Part shown: one piece after another, positions 62,021 to 64,000 of the stretch
Position numbering within the stretch: the first letter of the stretch is position 1
Layout of the letters: the number at the start of each line of letters is the position of its first letter
Translations under genes and position numbers: made by a program
DNA from: Callorhinchus milii
Taxonomy: Eukaryota
Direction of reading: 5' to 3'
NCBI RefSeq assembly: GCF_018977255.1
Contig: NW_024704743.1
Location: forward strand, 57,598,001-57,662,000
Length of the DNA: 64,000 nt
Notes under the pieces: model-generated
What the model was told of the DNA's origin: nothing
Seen by the model: the letters and a program-made list of their open reading frames with translations, nothing else
The model's database searches: none

Positions 62021-62323
62021 ATGTGCTGTTTGCTCAGATAATACATGGGAGTAAGTGCGGCTCTATGTTGCAAAGGACATATCACTTCATGACGTATTTC
62101 ACATGTAAATTACAGAACTAATAATTGTGAAAGACAATCAATGATTTGTGATTTGAAAGCTTAGCTGTCCAACCAATCCAACCGTATGCTTCTTAAACTA
62201 AGAAGATAGGTCATAGGATTGACTCATTACTTGCTACTCATTGATATCATCATTTAGATGAATGTAGAAAGCTAATAAGGAATAAGAAAGCTAATAGGGC
62301 AGTTGGAATATGCAGTTTTTCAT

Positions 62324-63214
62324 TTCGTGCAATTTTTAAAACAAATTAGTACAAATTTTACATCTCCAGTTTTACAAGCCTTGTACTAGTGAAGACCTCA
62401 GTCATGAAATTGATTCAGGGATGTAAGTCTTACTTCACTTTGGGATTTATAAGACTTCTCAGACTTAAGAGTTAATTCTGCCTGTTGCTGCCTAGTAATG
62501 TATTTAAATTGATATGGCCCCAGAGGTGAAAACTATGAAGGGTAGCTACAATCTAAGAATCCACAGGAATGTAGAATTTCAGGCTGTTTCTAAAAATTGA
62601 TGTACAGGAAAGTCTACCTGACATGTAACTTGAGATGAATCTTTATAGTGTGGATATGTTACAATAGACTTTAAGTTACTTGTCAGGAAAATGGCAACAT
62701 GAAACTACTAAACATAAATGGTGTCGTTGAATTAACTCAAGACGTAAAAGGCATCTCCTGACAGGGACTCCATATACATAACACAACCTCATGCCCTTGC
62801 CTTTTGGCCTGAGATTGGCCAAGTTCTTATAGGTTGATATGATGTAAGTGTAGTTTCCTGGAGAAGACACCTTTTATGTACTGAAGTGCTTCTTCTGATG
62901 CCATTTACAATGCTGTTTTCCTGATGAGTACTTTTAACCCCCATCGAATAAAACACATCGTAGAGATAATCAAGGTTTCCTACCCTGATAAGGGATTCCT
63001 TATCACACCATGTACGTTGCATCAGAGATCTTGGTTTCATTAGGAATAATACTTCACAAGGAACACGTGCCTACAGTTTCAAGTACAGAAATCCCAAAGT
63101 GAAGTATGTCTTCCATCCCTGAGTCAGTCACACAAATGAGGGTCTGCACTGGTATCAGGCTTGAAAAGCTGGATAATCAGAGTTTGTACTAATTTTATCT
63201 AAAAATTGCATGAA
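62324..63214 (-). mobile_element. Internally deleted DNA transposon with ~126-bp inverted arms and a piggyBac-like transposase remnant
   Basis: Arms 62324-62448 and 63089-63214 are about 79% identical by hand alignment; minus-strand RSLMQRTWCDK and RPKGKGMRLCYVYG...LCLVVSC resemble a piggyBac C-terminus. Confidence 0.65.
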
Positions 63215-63807
63215 CTGTCATATTAACTTATTCCGATCTATATCTGCATCTTTCAAATGTCTTTTCTTCTCTTCTTGGAGTGGAATTATACAAATGCAGC
63301 AGATTGTATGCAACATTCATTTTGCTCATTGCCAATATACATAAATGTGAGGGCATATAAATACAGCACAAGAAGCAGTGCTGATTTGCAGTAAACATTG
63401 TGATACTGGGACAATGAATTACACATGTTGCCAGAGATATTGCTAAGTGGTTGGCTGAAGGTTCAAATAGCACTATCGCCAGCTCCTATTAAACTGCACA
63501 TGATATGTGGCTAATGTCTTTCCTTTGGCAACGAACTGGTGAGGTGGAACGATAGGGTCCAAATCAACTGAGTCACATTCAGAGTAAGGTGCTGACAATG
63601 CAACAATAGGATAGGAATCAAGCTTAGGATCAGGCTGTCACTTCAGCTGCTCTGCAACTTGAAGCTTCACTGCTGTAGAGATGAGAAGCGCTTACAGGAG
63701 AGAAATGGGATTTTCCCTTTCTAAGCACACATCATTAAAGCTGCTAGACTTAGTGGGGAATGGATTATCTCACCCTTTATACCTTTATATATACATGCAT
63801 GTACATC

Positions 63808-64000
63808 AGTCAGCCTGATCTCTTGCCTCCGGGTCAGAAGGTTGTGGGTTCAAGCCCCACATAAGGACTTGGAGCTCATATAATCCAAGCTGATACTCCA
63901 ATGCAGTGCTGGGAATTTGCAGATGGAGGTGTTGGAGGTGCTGTCCTTTGGATGAGGCATTAAACCAAGGTTCCATATGCCTGTTCCAGTGGATGTTAAA
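63808..64000 (+). mobile_element. Deu-SINE running off the window end
   Basis: ctcttgcctccgggtcagaaggttgtgggttcaagccccac...ggatgaggcattaaaccaagg. Confidence 0.9.

Overview
AT-rich vertebrate non-coding DNA, either a large intron or a gene desert. I found no supportable host protein-coding exon, RNA gene or CRISPR array. The repeat content points by inference to a cartilaginous fish, probably a holocephalan like Callorhinchus: a tRNA-Ala-headed SINE2-1_CM-like SINE, SacSINE1/EshSINE-like Deu-SINEs, AmnSINE2-like copies, shark-type CR1 LINEs with (ATTCTATG)n tails, L2 LINEs with (TTG)n tails, and a Penelope-type repeat. Family names are recognised from memory and have not been checked against a database. 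Most long ORFs in the ORF track are decayed CR1/L2 frames, their antisense shadows, or microsatellite artefacts. The most notable observations are: (1) a near-full-length L2 preceded by an 83-bp-period monomer with a GC box, TATA at -30 and an Inr; (2) an ~890-bp element with 126-bp inverted arms around a piggyBac-like transposase remnant; (3) a degenerate hammerhead-ribozyme core in a Penelope-type repeat; (4) an unrecognised ~170-bp repeat in four copies; (5) a 707-bp TIR element with an 8-bp TSD; (6) a covarying 3' stem-loop shared by L2 and the SINEs. I see no convincing evidence of a wholly new biological system. Boundaries of old repeats are approximate.
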